Assembly: GCA_008632985.1 (NCBI GenBank)
Contig: QPGO01000363.1
Span: 1 to 39,018, forward strand
Length of the DNA: 39,018 bases
Direction: 5' to 3'
Origin: Psammoneis japonica
Taxonomy: Eukaryota
Shown: positions 33,876-39,018 of the stretch, piece after piece
Numbering within the stretch: the first letter of the stretch is position 1
Layout: each line of letters opens with the position of its first letter
Position numbers and translations under genes: made by a program
Notes under the pieces: generated by a model
Database searches by the model: none
What the model saw: only the letters and a program-made list of their open reading frames with translations
Told to the model about the DNA's origin: nothing

Positions 33876-34268
33876 ATACTTCGATGTTTATTCGTTCATT
33901 TCACTTCATCTGATGACTACCTTTGCTTTTATCTACTCACCATAGTCACGAAAAAATTACCCTGTCTGGGTATGCTGTGGGTGGGGGCTGTCTCGAGAAA
34001 CATCTTTCTCTCGTATCGACAAGAAACACCAAAACACATGGAATTGACGCGATCCATACTTTGATGTTTATTCGTTCAATACACCTCCTCTGTTGCGTGC
34101 CATTGCTGGTATCTCTTAGTATAGATACGAAAAATCCCCTGGCTTGTGCATGTTGTGTGGTGTTTGATTTGTGGCGAGCAATATCGGTTGCACTCGTGTG
34201 ACCTCGCATCGGCATTTTTTGACTGACACCGAACACCGACCCATGCTTTGATGTTTATTCATTCATTT
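33876..34268. repeat. Three dispersed copies of ATRCTTYGATGTTTATTCRTTCA at 180 and 187 bp spacing
   Basis: Copies start at 33876, 34056 and 34243. Confidence 0.85.
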
Positions 34269-34459
34269 CGTCTCTTTACTCACACTTCTTTGATTGAATC
34301 TCTTCGTCGAGAACCGAGCGTGAAATCGTAAAGAGACACATATAGTAGACGACGCCGAGAACTAATCATAAAATAAGCAAGATTTTCTAGCATTACTGAC
34401 GTGACTATTCAATGAACTACTGAAGTCCACGGCATTCATCCGACACGATGTCCTGACCG

Positions 34460-35640
34460 CTACTCGCCCTGTCGCCGGACCCATTCTGCAAACATTTTGG
34501 CCCCAAAGCCTGTAGCTCCTGTCTTGTCATCCCAATCCTGAAAATTGATTCAATGAGAAAGATGAAAGATTAGATACGATACTAAAGCAACGTATAACAT
34601 GCCGTTTCAAAAAAGAGAGTTTGACTCACGGGGCCGGCACGTCAATGTGCGCAAAGGGCTTCTTCTTGCTCACAAAGTTCTGCAAAAAGAGCGCGGCCGT
34701 AATGGCCCCACCATAGCTAGCGAGTACCACAGTTCTTCAAATCGGCAATCTTGCTCTCGAGCTGGTCATTGTACTCCTTGGCCATTGGCATTCTCCATCC
34801 TTGTCTCCCGTGGCTTTGTACGCTGTCAAGTTCTTCGGCCAAGTCGTCATTGTCAGTCCAAACGCCACAAATCTTCTTCCCGAGAGAAACCATGCAAGCT
34901 CCGGTGAGAGCAGATGGTTCAATGATGGACTCGCATTCCATCTCCTCGTCGGCAAAGACCAAGGCATCCGCAAGCGTCAGTCTTCCTTCGGCGTCCGCAT
35001 TGACAACTTCAATCATCTTGCCATTTGAAGCCGTCAGCACATCGCCAGGAACCATGGCACGCTCATTATCATGTTCTACAAAGATAGAGAGCAACAAGGA
35101 CAGTTTGAATAATGATCTGACTCGAGGATTGAAAACAATATACACTATACTACGCTCACCTCGCATGCCGCCACGATGAAATGAGCCTCGACACCTGGCG
35201 GTTCCAACGCAGCCGTAGCCCTAGCTGCCCCAAGGACAGCAGCCGCACCACCGCAATCGAATTTCATGAGTTCCATGATGGCTGTCTTGATATCGTATGC
35301 ACCTGCAAGACCGAGCATTGTAATGAAAAGAGTAATGCAAAAACCGTTGTGGTACTGGTTAAGGCTCCATAAGAGCATTGTAAATCCATTGGTAAACGTA
35401 CCTGTATCAAAAAGTAGACCCTTTCCAACGATTCCCACCTTCTTATTTGTTTCTCCACTCATACCTCGCGATTCACATTCCTTCTTTCCGAGAACATTGC
35501 AGTTGATGCGCCCATTGGATTCAGAAGCAATGCGCTTGGCCGCATCGGCTAGACTCTCTGAATTCAACACATTGTGTGGCGCATTGGCAATGTCTTTTGT
35601 CAAAAAGACACCTGTAGCAAGCTCCTTTCAGGTCAGGGTG
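34460..35640 (-). pseudogene. M17 leucyl aminopeptidase, intron-containing, 5'-truncated with an internal deletion and frameshifts
   Basis: TKDIANAPHNVL, VGIVGKGLLFDTG|GAYDIK..ELMKFDCGGAAAVLG, ACE|N..ERAMVPGDVLTASNGKMIEVVNADAEGRLTLADAL, LTGACMVSLG, GGAITAALFLQNF..FAHID, TGFGAK. GT-AG introns appear at ~35402-35304, ~35160-35075 and probably ~34630-34540. The 'GAYLGV..GS..EP.FIHLTY' segment after ESRGM is absent. Confidence 0.9.
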
Positions 35641-35884
35641 CATAGGGTTTTACTTTGGCACCGGTGCGGAATCGATTGTCGGCATACATGGTTGTATGCA
35701 TGGAGGTGGAAATATCTTGCAACAAGGACGGTTCACAAACAAACGATTCAGGCAGCAAGACCTTGCAGTTGACACCTTTTTTCAGCGTTGCACTTTTCGC
35801 CAATGGTTTTTCACAGTGCAGAAAAATGTGAAGCCTTGTTGCTAGCATCATCGTGTCTCCTTGGCTGGTGTACCCATACCAACA

Positions 35885-36132
35885 ACGTTTGGAGGGATAC
35901 ACGGTATCTCCCGTCCACAAGAATGCATCCGGCTGCGTCTCACGAATGGCCCTCCAAATGACGGCCGTTTGTCCAGTGTATTTGCGTCTATGACACGAAC
36001 ACGAGCCAAACGCCAATTTGTAATTGTCGCGTCCTTGTGCTCCACGTCCGCTGTAGCTTGTACTCGACTGTCACAAACTGACAGGGAGAGACATAGCCAC
36101 GACAACGACAAACGATGCATCCAAGAGGTCAT
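35885..36132 (-). pseudogene. PhoD-family alkaline phosphatase, N-terminal fragment
   Basis: Signal-peptide-like MTSWMHRLSLSWLCLSLSV, then after a frameshift AFGSC...IWRAIRETQPDAFLWTGDTVY, a PhoD N-terminal metallophosphatase motif. The rest of the gene is absent. Confidence 0.7.
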
Positions 36133-37749
36133 GATCTTGTGCTTTGTTGAGGAGTCGACGGCATGAGCGGTCATTGAGTGTTGTTTCTGCCATCTACTTC
36201 TACCTACCGTACCGTTAGGTACAGTACACAGCAGCAATCGATACGTGTTCACGGAAATGCGCGGAATCTGCACGCAACTCCGGCAGAGATTTTGCGGGGG
36301 GGGGGGGGCGCTGTGTTACTTGAGCCCCCCCCCATGAAATCCGGCTGCTTTCCGTCACAGCTCCATGATGCCACGTGTAAAAATTAACCTCCCGTTTTTA
36401 ACCAAATACCCACCTCGATCGACTAACAATATACAGATACGAAGCTTATGACGCTTTTGGGGGCCTAGAATGGGGGTGAACGTGCGTTAGTTAGTTACTA
36501 AAACCAATCACTCAAAATCGTCCCTCGTACTTTCACGTGTAATAAAGGTGCTCCACGAAAAGTTGGTTCTATTTTGAAATACCAGATAGCATGAACAACA
36601 CATACCTATTACATTCTTGCAAGACATCGGTTTAATGAGGATGAGACCGATAATGCTCATATCTTTTGTATTTTGTTGCTCTAGCAGGGGTCAAAGTCTA
36701 GCTAAAACTTCCAAAAAATTCGAGTCGAGCGGGACACACGGGATTCAATACTCGTGACTCGCTGTACGATGAACGATGAAGTGAAATTGACCCGTTCTCG
36801 ACACCGAGATTAGATGACAACATCATCACAAACCGATTCTATGGCAATGTTCAACTTTCTAATTTGTCTTTGACCTCGTGACAACTGCATCCGACCTCTT
36901 TCATGCTGTGAATGGGTGAAGCAATCCACCAATGCTCATTCACACGCCACACTTTTCCATTTTCACACTTGACACTTGTGTCTTTGCGATCAATCTAGAG
37001 AGCATGTGCAAGCCAGGGAGGAGATCTGTTCACTGTTGTTTGTCATTCCACGGAACAATGGCATCAGAATGTTTTGTCAACCATGTTTGACTGCTTTTTT
37101 CTTGAACCGTGCGCCAACTTCATTCTTCATTTTCACTCTCATCCGCCCGACTCTCTCCCATTCAAGAGTGCTTGGCTGAATGCATTGCAGTTGCTTTGTC
37201 AAAGTCTTCAAAAATGATCGTCCAGTCAATGCCATTGGTCAAATGGGTTTGACGATGTGATGACGACGTCATGTTCGTCGATGTGCTCATGCCAGGAAAA
37301 CAACAAGAGCTGGCTGCATCCGCAAGAAAGTTGAGTGAGACAACAACTGGTGAGCCTTGGATGCATTGATGGCACCATTTTGATTTTCAATTTACTTGCT
37401 TTTTTAAAAACTCAGACTTTGACTCAGTGGGTGCCGAACATCCGGCAAATGGTGAGTCGATGCATCGTCTGCATGCAACATGGCGTCACGAACGGGTGTG
37501 ACGGCGTGTTTGCACAAAACTCGACTCTCCGCCGTTCTCTGATGGTCCCTTTACAACCCCAAAAGAAAGACAGTGCAACAAACCTGCTGCAGTGATGGGA
37601 CCAGAAACGACGACTGTTCAGACACCTTGTCTGCCGCGTCAATGTCATCGTCGGCTCCGGCGGTTTTTTGACAAGTTCTCCGTGTTGTCACCGCGGTGGT
37701 CTGTGCGCTCATCCGGAGCACGCCTGCCATGCCAGTTTGAAGTCACTTG

Positions 37750-38241
37750 AGGTGGCACGGGTGCAAAAGTGGGCCAGATTCCATGCACGCAGAGCTTAGT
37801 GTGTTTTCTACACAAATCGCCAAAGTCGGCTCGCCAACTTGAACCCTCTCCAGGACGATGGAAACTTAGACATTTCACATGACAAAGTGTTTCGACTGCT
37901 CAGCTGCACTCTCCTCGACTTGTTTGGGGAGAGAAGTCACAAGTTTTCATGGGTTTCTGAGGACATGCAACGAATCTAATCAGAAAGGTGCCGAAATCGC
38001 GACGTTCGAGTTTCAAAGAGCTGTGCAAAACGAGAAACCCATGGAAACTTGCAACTTCTCTTCACAAACAAGCAGAGGGGAGTGCAACCAAGTGGTCCAA
38101 ACACTTTGTCATGTGAAATGTCCAAGTTTCCATCATCCTGGAGAGGGTTCAAGTTGGCAAGCCAACTTTGGCGATTTGTGCAGAAAACATGCTAAGCTCT
38201 GCGTGCATGGAATCTGGCCCACTTTTGCACCCGCACCACCT
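37750..38241. repeat. Long inverted repeat (~209-bp arms, ~75-bp spacer)
   Basis: 37750-37958 is the reverse complement of 38033-38241 (ggtgcaaaagtgggccagattccatgcacgcagagc...aagttttcatgggtttct), differing mostly by transitions. Confidence 0.95.
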
Positions 38242-38327
38242 TGGGGCCTGGGTCGCACAGCTGTTGGGGTAAAAGAGAAGACACATGGGCAGACGAAAAA
38301 TGCATGACCTTCGGCCATGCATTTGCA

Positions 38328-38644
38328 ACCCTGAGTTTCCTGACCACAGCAGTTTGAGTGCTTTTTACAGTCATGCTTGTGACCTCGGCAACTTTCGAAA
38401 TGACCTTGGCAAAATTTGAAATGACCTCGGCAACAGAGAAAACCCTGAGTTTCCTGACTGTGGCAGTTTGAGTGCTTTTTGCAGTCACACTTGTGACCTC
38501 GGCAACTTTCGAAATGACCTCGGCAAAATTTGAAATGACCTCGGCAGCCGAAGTCATTTCCTTGGCAGCCCAGGTCATTTCTCGGCTGCTGAGGTCATTT
38601 CAAATTTTGCCGAGGTCATTTCGAAAGTTGCCGAGGACACAAGT
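38328..38644. repeat. Nested repeat: 21-bp units (GAAATGACCTCGGCAA...) inside a ~114-bp tandem duplication, followed by an inverted copy
   Basis: 38328-38441 and 38442-~38546 are tandem. ~38489-38551 (acttgtgacctcggcaactttcgaaatgacctcggcaaaatttgaaatgacctcggcagccga) is inverted at ~38582-38644. Confidence 0.9.
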
Positions 38645-39018
38645 CAGGGTGCTTTTTTTCTACGCAGCAGAGTGGAGCGCAATTTAAGGCCCGGCATGAT
38701 TTAAGGCCCTTGTGCTGTCAGGCTCAAATGATGGATTCGAGGTGCGAGCTCCACAAAAACATGGAGGGAACAGTGCGCGACCGTTTCCACCTGCAGCGCA
38801 GCTGCAAAAAAATGACTGTGCCACCACAAATGGAGGTCTGAATGAACAACACTGCACCAATCCTCAACATGTCGATGCGTGAATGGATCCTGAGCAGCCT
38901 TGTCTCTGCAGTCCATGGATCCATTGGCCTTGCTCCTCATGGCTCTCTCCTCTGTTTCTCCAGTGCCTCTCCATCTCATTGAACTCTTCTGGCTTTTGAA
39001 AATTTCAACTGGTTTTTC

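Larger units (their letters stand above)
36860..39018. other. TpA-erased domain with largely retained CpG
   Basis: TA is rare (about 14 by manual count, mostly TTTA/TAAA/TCTA/TAGA). CG remains abundant, e.g. 37250-37700. Confidence 0.85.

Noticed and set aside
38192..38578. 128-aa ORF with AEVISNF/AEVISKV repeats
   Set aside because: It is simply the translation of the 21-bp DNA repeat array, and the antisense frame is equally open.

Overview
This window is eukaryotic DNA, most likely from a pennate diatom or other stramenopile. That assignment is inferred from GT-AG introns, a diatom-type NTT transporter, TPR, 7TM and PhoD gene fragments, and diatom-style piggyBac, Tc1 and Plavaka-like transposon remnants. 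It alternates sharply between two kinds of DNA. (1) Normal-composition blocks (~1.3-6.05, ~8.5-11.57, ~21.0-21.5 and ~30.05-36.86 kb) hold two apparently intact ORFs (a 402-aa unknown protein and an 872-aa RCC1-repeat protein). They also hold a chain of deletion-riddled host gene fragments (NTT, DEAD-box helicase, GNAT, M17 leucine aminopeptidase, PhoD), at least one retaining introns. (2) In the other blocks (~1-1.14, ~6.06-8.45, ~11.57-21.0, ~21.5-30.05 and ~36.86-39.0 kb) the dinucleotide TpA has been almost completely erased, with CpG lost to a variable extent. Paralog pairs inside the window show the erasure is directional: TA becomes TG or CA, i.e. A>G on either strand. It affects only one copy of a duplicate, its borders fall inside coding sequences, and it spares TA in 5'-TARA/5'-TYTA contexts. 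This looks like a domain-targeted, RIP-like but adenine-directed hypermutation system acting on transposon-rich DNA, and it is the main candidate for an undescribed system here. All counts are from manual reading and no database searches were run.
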